Origin: Macrostomum lignano
Lineage: Eukaryota
Assembly (NCBI GenBank): GCA_002269645.1
Contig: NIVC01002382.1
Span: forward strand, 1 to 64,000
Direction of reading: 5' to 3'
DNA: 64,000 nt
In this document: one piece after another, positions 27,988 through 39,730 of the stretch
How positions within the stretch are numbered: position 1 is the stretch's first letter
How the letters are laid out: each line of letters starts with the position of its first letter
Program-made: the position numbers and the translations under genes
Notes under the pieces: generated by a model
What the model saw: only the letters and a program-made list of their open reading frames with translations
Told to the model about the DNA's origin: nothing
Databases searched by the model: none

Positions 27988-28401
27988 GTGCGCAAGAAGT
28001 ACCGCTACCTAACCTGCGAGTTGGTGGCCGAGAATCGGCAGGCCGCAGCTCAGGCTGGCGAAGGCGAGCTGATTGCGGCTGTCCGAGAATCCGTGCTGAC
28101 GCTGCACGGAGCCCTCGGCCTTGGCCGGGTTGTGAACCGACTCAAACTGGTGGACTGGAGCCGCGACACCGGCGTCCTGGTGCTCCGAGTGAGCCGCGAC
28201 ACGCATCGCTACCTGGCCTCCGCTCTGCCCTTCGTGAAGTCATTGCACGGCTCCCGGGTTGCCATAGCAACTCTGCACTGCAGCGGCACAGTCAGATGCG
28301 CGGCCAAATTTCTAACCCGATTCTATTCGGCCGATTCGACTGTTCGAAAGCAGAAAATATTGGCTAGCAGTTTAGCTAAGCTGGGCGCTAAGCCTATCTG
28401 A
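27988..28401 (+). CDS. POP5: RNase P/MRP subunit POP5 (initiator ATG not present locally)
   Basis: VRKKYRYLTCELV..VRESVLTLHG..TGVLVLRV..SALPFV..LHCSGTVR matches the recalled POP5 consensus (MVRFKHRYLLCEL..). The frame begins right after acceptor CTCCAG at 27987. Confidence 0.9.
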   Translation: MRKKYRYLTCELVAENRQAAAQAGEGELIAAVRESVLTLHGALGLGRVVNRLKLVDWSRDTGVLVLRVSRDTHRYLASALPFVKSLHGSRVAIATLHCSGTVRCAAKFLTRFYSADSTVRKQKILASSLAKLGAKPI

Positions 28402-28584
28402 TTGCTGGATGCAATTATATGGATTTTTTTAGTGCATTTTTGTCGTTGTCTAATCCAATTTTCTAAATATATACACTACGGACCACGGGTCTAAAAATGT
28501 TTGCTACGAGGCTGTTTTTCAACCTGTCTATAAAACAAGGAATGGAGCAGATCTTTTAGACTGTAGCATAGAGGACATACAAGT

Positions 28585-28780
28585 GTTTGTAGCCTGGTGG
28601 TTACAGTGGGGTCGGAGGTTCGATTCTCGACCCACTTGGGAACAATTTGTGTCCTTGCAGCAAGACACTGAACTCTGCATTGCTTCAGTTCCCCTAGCTG
28701 TAAAATGGGTGCCAGCATTAGCTGGGGTAATTGAGGGTGTGTGGCAACCCCCCAATCCTTGGACTGAACAGCCGTACGCA
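28585..28780 (+). mobile_element. tRNA-derived CORE-like SINE
   Basis: A-box-like GTAGCCTGGTGG, B box GGTTCGATTCTC, then TGTGTCCTTGCAGCAAGACACTGAACTCTG..TTCAGTTCCCCTAGCTGTAAAATGGG, resembling the MIR/CORE domain. Confidence 0.65.
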
Positions 28781-28927
28781 GCCTTCAGATATTATTTATT
28801 ATTATAGAGCACACGCTTAGTATCTATAATAGCATCGGGATTTTTCTCGCAAAAGTGAGACTTCATAAAATTTTCCTAGATTCAGATAGTGTCCTATTGA
28901 TTATTTGCTTCAGCGACAGCAGTCGCC

Positions 28928-30409
28928 ATGGCAACAAGAGCTACTCAACCGGATGATGCGGCGCGGATGACTCTAGCCGAATGCAACGAATTGCTATTAA
29001 GCATCGAGCAGCAGCAGCAGCAGCAGTCGGACTCCAGCGACTCAGCCCTGCGGCTGCTCCGGGCTGCCAGATCGATGGCCGCTCTGTGCGGCGAGTTCCG
29101 AAGTCAGCTGGTTGTTGATGACACCTTGGCTGAGCGCTTCCTAGCCGCGGTTGTACAAAGCGCAGAACGCTGTCCTGCTCAGCAGCCAGACGCCTCCGTG
29201 ACCGCGTCTGTAGCCATTCAGACGGTGTACAACGCCTGCGCCTTTGACTCCTTGGATAGTGTTGAAAGATCGTCGGGGAGTCGGCTAGCTGGTCACGTGA
29301 CTGACTGGCTGAGCAGCCTGTGCCGGCTTGTGCTGTCTCTGCAGCAGCGAGATCGCGACCGTCCAGCCGCCTGTCTCAGCCTGCTGCTGGTGCTGCTGAG
29401 CTCCAGCCGGTCCGGCTCCCAATGCCTGGCTGCCAATCCGGCTGCGGAGGAACAGGCTGCGGTCTTTGTTCGTCAGGAGCTGCTGACAGTCTGCGGAGTG
29501 GAAGAGGATAGCGGCAGCTGCGCAGGAGACCGGCTGTTGGCTCTGCGCGAGCTTCTTGGCACTGACTGCGGCTCCCGCCTGCTGATGCCGGAGCTGCGCC
29601 TGTCCGAAATGCAGCCGGCGCCAGCTGCTCAGGACTGCTTGGCCCAGCTGCTCCACTTGGCTGTACAGTCCCAGCCGGAGCCGCCTCCCCTGTCCAGAGC
29701 CGCCTGGCGCCGCCTGCTTGAGCACCTGAGAAGCTACGCCAGCCAGCTGCTGTGCACAGTTCGAGCCGATCCGGTTAGCCTGGAGTCCGGCTCCGCTCTG
29801 TTCTTCTGCGCCTGCGATCTGCTGGGCCGACCGTTGGCCAATTGGCAAGCTGGTCAGACTCATGATGATGATGATGATGATGATGTAGCGTCCAGCCTCC
29901 GCCGGGATCTGGGCCTGGCCCGCCTGGCTTGCCAGCTGTTGCGCTGCGCCGACTTGGCCGGCCGCGCCAACCCTGCCGGTCCGTTCGCAGTCGACCGGCG
30001 CCGCCTTTTATCGTCGTCGTCGCAGTCGGACGCCGATCCGGTCTACGAAGCGGCGCTGTCGCATCCGGGAGCGGCATTGAAAACCGCTCTGGTCCGCTTC
30101 CTGGCCAATGCCGCCTACTCCAATCCGCCATTTCAGTTGGCAATAGTGAAAGAAGGCGGCCTACCGGAGCTGTTGAACTGCTTAGCTTTAGACGATAAGA
30201 ATCCCTGTTTGAGGCAGTGGGCCGCTTTGGCTATAAGAAATCTGTGCCAGGATTGCCCCGAGGCGCGGGACCTGCTGCGCCGGCTGAGACCGCTGGGTGA
30301 TGGCGCCGACAACCTCAGCTCGGACAGTCGGGGACTGCTGGACGAATGCTGCGGCACTCGACAGATTACTGTGCGAAATGGCCGAGTTGTGCCTGTGGAT
30401 GAGGATTGA
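28928..30409 (+). CDS. ATXN10: Ataxin-10 homolog, single exon
   Basis: C-terminal LANAAYSN..Q..I..GGLPELLNCLALDDKNPCLRQWAALAIRNLC is the ataxin-10 ARM motif. Acceptor TTTGCTTCAG lies 14 nt before the ATG. Confidence 0.85.
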   Translation: MATRATQPDDAARMTLAECNELLLSIEQQQQQQSDSSDSALRLLRAARSMAALCGEFRSQLVVDDTLAERFLAAVVQSAERCPAQQPDASVTASVAIQTVYNACAFDSLDSVERSSGSRLAGHVTDWLSSLCRLVLSLQQRDRDRPAACLSLLLVLLSSSRSGSQCLAANPAAEEQAAVFVRQELLTVCGVEEDSGSCAGDRLLALRELLGTDCGSRLLMPELRLSEMQPAPAAQDCLAQLLHLAVQSQPEPPPLSRAAWRRLLEHLRSYASQLLCTVRADPVSLESGSALFFCACDLLGRPLANWQAGQTHDDDDDDDVASSLRRDLGLARLACQLLRCADLAGRANPAGPFAVDRRRLLSSSSQSDADPVYEAALSHPGAALKTALVRFLANAAYSNPPFQLAIVKEGGLPELLNCLALDDKNPCLRQWAALAIRNLCQDCPEARDLLRRLRPLGDGADNLSSDSRGLLDECCGTRQITVRNGRVVPVDED

Positions 30410-30439
30410 GGCTGCTACGAGTCTGTTTCATGCTGAGCT

Positions 30440-31780
30440 GAGGCTGGGGACTGGAGATGAAGCTGGGGACTGAAGATGGAGCTAGGGACTGAGGATGAAG
30501 CTAGGGACTAAAGATGGAGCTAGGGACTGAAGATAAAGCTGGGGACTGAGGATGAAGCTAGGGACTAAAGATGGAGCTAGGGAGTGAAGATGGATCTAGG
30601 GACTGAAGATAAAGCTGGGGACTGAAGATGGAGCTAGGGACTGAGGATGAAGCTAGGGACTAAAGATGGAGCTAGGGACTGAAGATAAAGCTGGGGACTG
30701 AGGATGAAGCTAGGGACTAAAGATGGAGCTAGGGAGTGAAGATGGATCTAGGGACTGAAGATAAAGCTGGGGACTGAGGATGAAGCTGGGGACTGAGGAT
30801 GAAGCTAGGGACTGAAGATGGATCTGGGGACTGAAGATGAAGCTGGGGACTGAGGATGAAGCTAGGGACTAAAGATGAAGCTAGGGAGTGAAGATGGATC
30901 TAGGGACTGAAGATAAAGCTGGGGACTGAGGATGAAGCTGGGGACTGAGGATGAAGCTAGGGACTGAAGATGGATCTGGGGACTGAAGATGAAGCTGGGG
31001 ACTGAAGATAAAGCTGGGGACTGAAGATGGATCTGGGGACTGGAGATGGAGCTGGGGACCGAAGATGGATCTGGGGACTGAAGATGGAGCTAGGGACTGA
31101 AGATGGAGCTGGGGACTGAAGATGGATCTGGGGACCGAAGATGGAGCTGGGGACTGAAGATGGAGATAGGGACTGGGGATGAAGCTAGGGACTAAAGATG
31201 GAGCTAGGGACTGAAGATAAAGCTGGGGACTGAGGATGAAGCTAGGGACTAAAGATGAAGCTAGGGAGTGAAGATGGATCTAGGGACTGAAGATAAAGCT
31301 GGGGACTGAGGATGAAGCTAGGGACTAAAGATGAAGCTAGGGACTGAAGATGGATCTGGGGACTGAAGATGAAGCTGGGGACTGAAGATAAAGCTGGGAA
31401 CTGAAGATGGAGCTAGGGACTGAAGATAAAGCTGGGGACTGAAGATGGATCTGGGGACTGGAGATGGAGCTGGGGACCGAAGATGGATCTGGGGACTGAA
31501 GATGGAGCTAGGGACTGAAGATGGAGCTGGGGACTGAAGATGGATCTGGGGACCGAAGATGGAGCTGGGGACTGAAGATGGAGATAGGGACTGGAGATGG
31601 AGATGGGGACTGAAGATGGAGATAGGGACTGGAGATGGGGATTGGAGATGGAGATGGGGACTGGAGATGGAGATGGGGACTGGAGATGGGGATTGGAGAT
31701 GGAGATGGGGACTGGAGATGGAGCTGGGGACTGAGGATGAAGCTAGGGAGTGAAGATGGAGATGGGGACTGGAGCTGCAG
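30440..31780. repeat. ~19-bp minisatellite (GGGGACTGAAGATGGAGCT)n
   Basis: Tandem variants fill the ATXN10-CSTF1 spacer. Confidence 0.95.
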
Positions 31781-32124
31781 ACGTCCTCAAACGCTTCTGA
31801 TTAGCTTCTTGTAGCCAATACTGAGTCTTATCTGAGAATTGTATTTAAAATTGAGCTTAGTTTAAGTGCTATTGTTGTTAATATGTTTTGTTTCATAAAT
31901 ACAGGTAAATATAAGAATACTTTTTTTGCAGTTGTTTTGCATTTTTCGTTTAATTTTTTTTTACCTCATGCGTCGGTACTAGTAGCTAGTTATGAGTATT
32001 TAGATTAACCTGAGCACCAATTCAGCTAGCAGATTAGCAGCCTTTGATTTTCGTCTAAATTAAATTACAAGTTGGACAATGCTGAGCCCGATACTTAATT
32101 AGTGGCAATATACACTTCAGCGCC

Positions 32125-34460
32125 ATGAGCTACAAGGAGCGCGAGCACTTGAACCGGCTGATTATCAGCCAGCTATACTATGATGGCCACCAGTCCATAG
32201 CCGTGAAGCTCAACAGCCTGGTGAATGACAAATCCGTGCCCTGCGGCCCGTCCAGCCGCCTGCTGAACCTGGTCCGCACCGGCCTGTCCCTGGAGGAGGA
32301 GGAGAAAGAGAAAGCCATGCACGATGCCAATGCTGTTGAACCGGGCACCGGTATCGATTTGGAAATCGAGTCCGAGACCGTAGCCAAGTCGCCTGAGGCT
32401 GCTCTGTACGAAACCTGTTACGTCACTTCGCACAAAGCGCCGTGCCGTTCGGCCGCCTTCAGCCCGAGCGGCCAGCTGGTCTGCACGGGATCCACCGATG
32501 CCAGCATTAAAATCTTGGACATTGAACGGATGCTGCTGAAAGGCATGGGCGGAGACGACGGCTCCAGCGAGTCGCACCCGGTGATTCGCACTCTGTACGA
32601 TCACACGGAGGAGGTCACCTGTCTGGAGTTCCACCCGGATCCGCGGCTCACCCTGCTGGCCTCCGCGTCCAAGGACTACTATGTGAAACTGTTCGACTAT
32701 TCCAATCCGTCTGTGAAGAAAGCGCAGAGAAGTCTGAGAGAGGCTTCACCGGTTAGTTTGCCCGCCCGTTGCTGGGGGGTTGTTGCTTTTTGCAAGCAAG
32801 CTGCAAGATCCTTATTGTCAAATAGCCTCTAACTGTTTGTTTGCAATAAGTTCGAACTTGTAAAGTTTCGAGCTTGCGATAATCCGAGCTTGTGATAATC
32901 CGAGCTTGTGATAATCCAACCTTGTGATAATCCAACCTTGTGATAATCCAACCTTGTGATAATCCAACCTTGTGATAATCCAACCTTGTGATAATCCAAC
33001 CTTGTGATAATCCAACCTTGTGATAATCCAACTTGTGATAATCCAACTTGTGATAATCCAACCTTGTGATAATCCAACCTTGTGATAATCCAACCTTGTG
33101 ATAATCCAACCTGCGATAATCCGAGCTTGTAAAATAGTATCAAGGTCAAGCTCTAATTAGCAGTTTTAAGGTCCCCTTAATCAATGACAAAGTTTTGTTA
33201 ATATGAAACAAAAGATCCGTTAGAAATCCTGAGAAAGGCGTGAAAACAACTTTTCGAACTCGACTTCTGAGATGCTTCTGAAAGCGCTTCGTCCCGTGCG
33301 GCTTCCATTGGCAGGTTCGAACCTTCTGCTTTCACCCAAGCGGCAACTACATGATTGTCGGCTGCGACCAGCCAACCCTGCGCGTTTACGACGTGTCCAC
33401 TGGCCAGTGCTTTGTGAGCTGCAATCCCAACGATCAGCACACTCGGGCGCTCACCATGCTGCGCTGGGCCGGCTCCGGCCAGTACTACTGCTCAGCGTCC
33501 AAGGACGGCTGTCTGAAACTCTGGGACGGCGTCTCCGGCCGTTGCGTGGCCAATTTTGAACGGGCCCACGATGGATACGAAGTCTGCTCCGCTGTGTTCT
33601 CCAGGAATGGTGGGAGATGGCTCACTTTTGTGTGTTAAACTCCCAGCTTCCCAGATCCTCAGTTGCTGGGCCAGCCTTCCAGATCCCTAGTTGCTGGGCC
33701 AGCCTTCCAGATCCCTAGTTGCTGGGCCAGCCTTCCAGATCCCTAGTTGCTGGGCCAGCCTTCCAGATCCCTAGTTGCTGGGCCAGCCTTCCAGATCCCT
33801 AGTTGCTGGGCCAGCCTTCCAGATCCCTAGTTGCTGGGCCAGCCTTCCAGATCCTCAGTTGCTGGGCCAGCCCCCCAGATCCTCAGTTGCTGGGCCAGCC
33901 TCCCAGATCCTCACTTGCTGGGCCAGCCTCTCAGATCCTCAGTTGCTGGGCCAGCCTCTCAGATCCTCAGTTGCTGGGCCAGCCTCCCAGATCCTCAATT
34001 GCTGAGCCAGCCTCCCAAATCCTCAATTGCTGAGCCAGCCTCCCAGATCCTCAGTTGCTGGGCTACGAGGAGCCAAAGCAGAGTATTAAAACTCAGTTTA
34101 TCCTGCTCCCACGCAGGCAAGTACATCCTCAGCTCCGGCAAGGACTCACAGGTGAAGCTGTGGGAGCTGAGCACTGGCCGGCCCCTCATCACCTACACGG
34201 GAGCCGGGGCCAGTGGCCGGCAGAGCCATCGAACCAACGCTGTGTTCAACCACACTGAGGACTTCGTGATGTTCCCGGACGAGGCCACCAAGTCGCTCTG
34301 CTGCTGGGATTCTCGGAGCGCCGATCGCCAGAGACTGCTGGCCCTGTCGCACAACGGAGTGGTCCGGTTTATGACTCACTCCACCACCATGCCCGCCTTT
34401 ATCAGCTGCTCGGACGATCATAGGGCTCGATTCTGGTACAAGAAGGCCCTGACCGAGTGA
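32125..34460 (+). CDS. CSTF1: Cleavage stimulation factor 50-kDa subunit; exons 32125-32751, 33315-33609, 34117-34460
   Basis: [11 protein letters not shown]-terminal dimerisation motif, [16 protein letters not shown]40 repeats, C-terminus [11 protein letters not shown]. Introns are GT-AG and phase-compatible. Confidence 0.97.
32875..33130. repeat. 16-bp minisatellite (TTGTGATAATCCAACC)n in CSTF1 intron 1
   Basis: Tandem copies visible. Confidence 0.9.
33650..34062. repeat. 28-bp minisatellite (CAGTTGCTGGGCCAGCCTTCCAGATCCT)n in CSTF1 intron 2
   Basis: Tandem copies visible. Confidence 0.9.
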
Positions 34461-34587
34461 TTGATGATCTCGTTTGAATTCAACCGGTTCTAAACGTTTT
34501 CTTGTACATCGTTTGTCAATTATATATTTACAAAACTGTTCTGTTTGTGCTCGCATAATTAAAACTGACAGTCTCTTTGCACTACTG

Positions 34588-34593
34588 AATAAA
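34588..34593 (+). terminator. Candidate polyadenylation signal for CSTF1
   Basis: AATAAA 128 nt after the stop codon. Confidence 0.35.
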
Positions 34594-35121
34594 GAAGGCA
34601 GTTAGTAGTACAATTAGTTATATAATAAACGACTTAAGTTACGGAAGTAATTTTCTTTTCGTACTACTAAAACGGTTTGCAACAGTAGTATAATTAATTG
34701 GTTAACCATTTTCGTTTAATTTTTTTAAAGTACGAGTACTCTGCACATAGCGACTATAAATAAACAAAACAAGTAATAATTCTTTGTCTGTGCTGTCGCA
34801 TTTGTCTGTCGCCACGAATTTAAATGCGCGAAAGCTGTTGTTGAATTGCTTTTGTTATTGTTTGTTTATTATTGCTTGCAGAAGAAAAGTTAAAATATCA
34901 GTGGCAGTTGGCACCGGTCGCCGATCTCGCGGTTGAATTGTCAATTAAAATACTTATTTTCGCTGTATCTAAATGTGAACAAAAAAGATAAATTTGAGAG
35001 TGCAAATACATCCATCAAGCAATTGAAATGAAATATGAATAAGCGATTTAAAAGTACTAAATGTACTTTAAACGGGATGAGTAACAGGAATCAATAGGTT
35101 TGCTGTTTGCACATTCCGAAT

Positions 35122-35622
35122 TCAGTTGATTGATTCACTGCACGTGAACTTCCGAGCTGGCAGGCGGCCGACCAGATAGTTGGCCAGCTGCTGCCTGGCG
35201 GCTCCGCTGTGCCCGGTGTCCTTGAATGCCTCCGTGCAGTCCGCGCCGGCGTTCTCTAGCAGCACTTCCGCTCCACCCGGGTGCTGTTGAGTTTTTTAAT
35301 TCAAAGAAAATAATTTTAATCTTTGTGCTACTTAAGCTACTTTAAGTAGATTAAATGCGTAATGAGAAAATTTCCTAATTCAAAGAGATCTACAAACCTG
35401 CTTGAGAAATTCGGTCACGTCGTACACCAGATTGTCGATCACTATCCAGCAGCTTTCGCTGTTGGCATGCCAACTGACCTGCTCGCGGCTGTAGACTGGC
35501 AGATCGTCTATCGCCGCAGTCGCCGCAGTCTCCGCTGCCGATGCCACCGCCTCGGACGCGGAAGCGACACTGTTGGCCTTCTCCACAACTAGAATCGTAG
35601 AAACGCAATAGCAAGTCTCCAT
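35122..35622 (-). CDS. Cytochrome b5 domain protein (128 aa); exons 35622-35398 and 35283-35122
   Basis: YSREQVSWHANSESCWIVIDNLVYDVTEFLKQ|HPGGAEVLLENAGADCTEAFKDTGHS; both heme-ligand His present; GTTTGT..CAG intron. Confidence 0.9.
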
Positions 35623-35869
35623 GGACGAATTGGATTCGAATTTTACTGGGTTTGCTTCGGAAAAGCTTCCAGGCGTTTTCAATAGAAGACACGGGAGTGA
35701 ATATATAAATGCGTTGGCGTATTTAAAGGGTCGCCTTTTGTCTGCTTTCGGACTGGATAAATCTGGCCAGCACAGAACAGCATGCGGCCAGACTGTGCCC
35801 CGCCTGCTGACTGGTTCGCAGACGGAATCTTCTGTCCTAGCCGGTTCAGCTCGTCTTATCGACTCCGCT

Positions 35870-35910
35870 GGGGCGGGACACGCCTACCGCGTATAAATAA
35901 GATCACGTGA
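35870..35910. promoter_or_regulatory. GC box and palindromic E-box (TCACGTGA) upstream of the cytochrome b5 gene
   Basis: GGGGCGGGAC at 35870-35879 and TCACGTGA at 35903-35910; short motifs only. Confidence 0.25.
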
Positions 35911-36499
35911 CCTGAAGGCCGCGCGCCCGCCACCCTAAACTAGGCATGTACACACGCACATGTACGTGCAGGCGAGCCAGTTGGACAATAAAACGAAATG
36001 GGACTACAGTTGAACAGCTTTTTCAAAGCACTAACAAAGGTCGATTTAATTACACCAAGGCGCTATTTAACAGCTGGCATTTTGATTGAATTCTCTCAAT
36101 AATAATTATTTATACTACTAACTTTATTACTGTATTTATTGAACTCCTGACAAAATAGAGTGGCATTGATAATCTCTATACAAGCTAGTCATTAAACCAC
36201 AGAAATACATTAAATATATGCATAAGCAAACAATGATTTGAAATGTGCAAAATGGTTAGGCGGACAAAAGTGAGCAGAAAAACTCGCTTTTATTTTAGCT
36301 ATCTATACTACTCGAACATATTCTCTAAGGAAATGCAATGCGCTACATAGGTCACATTCTACTTTTTATAGCCTGGGGAAATAAATGATATTAAGCGGCC
36401 ATTCCGGAATGCAGGTTGCCCCAATATTGACAAAAACGATCATAAATTACGTGTAAAAATGCTGAGATAACCTGCAAATTCTCCCAACTTATCTGTCAG

Positions 36500-37400
36500 C
36501 AATATTACCAATCACTTGTCACTAATATTACCAATCACCTGTCACTAATATTACCAATCACCTGTCACTAATATTACCAATCACTTGTCACTAATATTAC
36601 CAATCACTTGTCACTAATATTACCAATCACCTGTCACTAATATTACCAATCACCTGTCACTAATATTACCAATCACTTGTCACTAATATTACCAATCACC
36701 TGTCACTGATATTACCAATCACTTGTCACTAATATTACCAATCACCTGTCACTGATATTACCAATCACTTGTCACTAATATTACCAATCACCTGTCACTA
36801 ATATTACCAATCACCTGTCACTAATATTACCAATCACCTGTCACTGATATTACCAATCACCTGTCACTGATATTACCAATCACCTGTCACTGATATTACC
36901 AATCACCTGTCACCAATATTACCAATCACCTGTCACTGATATTACCAATCACCTGTCACTGATATTACCAATCACCTGTCACTGATATTACCAATCACCT
37001 GTCACTGATATTACCAATCACCTGTCACCAATATTACCAATCACCTGTCACCAATATTACCAATCACCTGTCACTGATATTACAAATCACCTGTCACTGA
37101 TATTACAAATCACCTGTCACTGATATTACCAATCACCTGTCACTGATATTACCAATCACCTGTCACCAATATTACCAATCACCTGTCACTGATATTACCA
37201 ATCACCTGTCACCAATATTACCAATCACCTGTCACCAATATTACCAATCACCTGTCACTAATATTACCAATCACCTGTCACTGATATTACCAATCACCTG
37301 TCACTAATATTACCAATCACCTGTCACTGATATTACCAATCACCTGTCACTGATATTACCAATCACCTGTCACTGATATTACCAATCACCTGTCACTAAC
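36500..37400. repeat. 23-bp minisatellite (TATTACCAATCACCTGTCACTAA)n
   Basis: Tandem copies visible. Confidence 0.97.
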
Positions 37401-38250
37401 AGTCACAGAATTTAAGAGCATAAAGTGCAAAAAAACAATCGATAACAGAAGCAGCAGACATAGGATTAGCATGCGTTATTAATAAAAAATAGAAAAAAGT
37501 TTTCCTTTAAACTGAGACTCTTGAAATATAACAGAAATATACATAAATAATATTAATGAGTAAACAATGGCGCATGTAAATTTGCTTCAGTTGGGAGTGA
37601 ATGCTAAAAACATACAACAAACTACAATTATGTGGGCAAGGCTGAACAGGAGGATAGGTGCATCTTACAAGAGCAGAAAATAATATGGAAAACATTTATA
37701 TTAGTCAGAGTATCAGATATACTTCGGGAGACAAAGACGGCACGGGGCTCGCGCGCAAATAAACTGATTCAGCTGCAAAGTGAATTAATCTACTTTTAGT
37801 ACTTAGAATAGCAATTAGTTAAATTTTTTTAATCCCACAAGTAAATAAAAATCTAATCTGATCTTTAAGTTTAACGAAATAATTTGGAAGCCGATTTTTT
37901 TCTGTTTAAAAAACTGGTTTCGAACAAACGTTATAGTCCATTTCGAAAATTGTGTTAAAATCGATCGGCCTTTAAAAAAAACCAGTTCTAAAATTAGCCT
38001 ACGAAAGCCCCGTTTTAAAAATCGGCCTTCAAAATCCTGTTTTACAATAGGGCTTTAAAACAATTTTTAAATGGGCTTCGAAAAAACAGTCTTAAACTCG
38101 GCCTTCAAAAACCAGTTTTTTTTTTAAATCAATCTTTAAAAATCGTTTTCGACCTCGGCTTTTAAAAAGCATGAATAATTTTTAAAAAATCGGCCTCCAA
38201 ATTTTCTCAACTGTTTGGATTAGTGATAAACTAAGCTACTAATCCGATAG

Positions 38251-39730
38251 TCAGCTCAGAAAGCAAATAGACAGCTGGTGGTCGGAAACATTTCGCATCG
38301 CGTGCTCAAACGCGGGAAAATCGATGGAATCGATCTGTCCACCTGACGGCATCTCGGCGACTCCGTTGGCGGCCGCGTAGTCCAGCGCGGCCTCGTGAAC
38401 AATCCGCCTGGCGATGGACAGCACCTGATCTGGCCGGCCGTGCCTGCCAAGCAGCTCCTCCAGCATCCGGTGCACCTCATCAACGCTGATCACGCCGTCC
38501 CGATCCAGATCGTACATGTCGAATAGGAATCGCAGTTTCGCTTCCCGACGATTAATTGAAGTTGGCCGGCCCTCGTCCACCGGCCGGAATGTGGCCAGAA
38601 ACTTCACAAACTCTAGAAAGTTGATCTCATTCCGATCGCGGAAGAATGCGTCAAGCAGGAACTGGCTGACCGGGTTCACGTACAGCTCCGGGATGCGCTC
38701 CAGGTCCTCGCGGCGCAGGCTGCCCTCGCTCTGCTTGTCCAGTGCGATGAAACGGCTGTAGAGACGCTGGAGCTGCTCTTTGCTTACTGCCGATGGCGGG
38801 GCGGGGAGTGGCGAGAGAGAGGTGGAATGTGAGGTGGAATGTGAGGTGGAGTGTGGGGTGGAGTGAGGTGGAGTGAGGTGGAGTGAGGTGAAGTGTAGGG
38901 TAGAGTGTGAGGTGGAGAGTGAGGTGGAGTGTGAGGTGGAGTGTAGGATGGAGTGTACGGTGTGTGAAATGGAGCAGGAGGTAGTGTCAGTACCAGGTAG
39001 TGTCAGAGTGTCAGGTAGAGTGTCAGGTAGTGTCAGGTAATGTCAGGTAGTGTCAGAGTGTCAGGTAGAGTGTCAGGTAGAGTGTCAGGTAGTGTCAGTT
39101 AGAGTATCAGAGTTTCAGGTAGAGTGTCAGGTAGTGTCAGGTAGTGTCAGCGTGTCAGGTAGAATGTCAGGTAGAGTGTCAGGTAGTGTCAGGTAGAGTG
39201 TCAGGTAGTGTCAGGTAGAGTGTCAGGTAGTGTCAGTTAGAGTATCAGAGTGTCAGGTAGAGTGTCAGGTAGTGTCAGTTGGAGTGTCAGGTAGTGTCAG
39301 GTAGTGTCAGTTGGAGTGTCAGGTAGAGTGTCAGAGTGTCAGGTAGAGTGTCAGGTAGTGTCAGTTGGAGTGTCAGGTAGAGTGTCAGGTAGTGTCAGTT
39401 GGAGTGTCAGGTAGAGTGTCAGAGTGTCAGGTAGAGTGTCAGGTAGTGTCAGTTGGAGTGTTAGGTAGAGTGTCAGAGTGTCAGGTAGAGTGCCAGGTAG
39501 TACCAGAAAGAGTGTCAGGTAGTACCAGGTAGGTGTCAGGTAGAGTGTCAGGTAGTGTCAGGTAGAGGGTCAGCTAGTGTCAGGTAGAGGGTCAGGTAGA
39601 CTACCAGTTAGTGCTCAAGGTAAAGATAAAATTGCACAGAAAGGCCGCATAAGCACAACTCACAGCCGGTCTCCTCTTGTATATCCTTGATCTGGTTCTC
39701 ATCCGGAATAAGAGACGACACGGAGCCCAT
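38251..39730 (-). CDS. CHP1: Calcineurin B homologous protein (EF-hand); exons 39730-39664 and 38786-38251
   Basis: MGSVSSLIPDENQIKDIQEETG|LSKEQLQRLYSRFIALDK..IPELYVNP..LATFRP..KLRFLFDMYDLDRDGVIS..SICFL; N-myristoylation Gly2; phase-1 intron. Confidence 0.9.
38815..39610. repeat. Degenerate GTGGAGTGAG and GTGTCAGGTAG repeats in the CHP intron
   Basis: Two adjacent short-unit arrays. Confidence 0.9.

Noticed and set aside
28617-28628. tRNA gene
   Set aside because: Only A/B-box-like motifs are present; no cloverleaf can be drawn, and the downstream sequence is SINE body.
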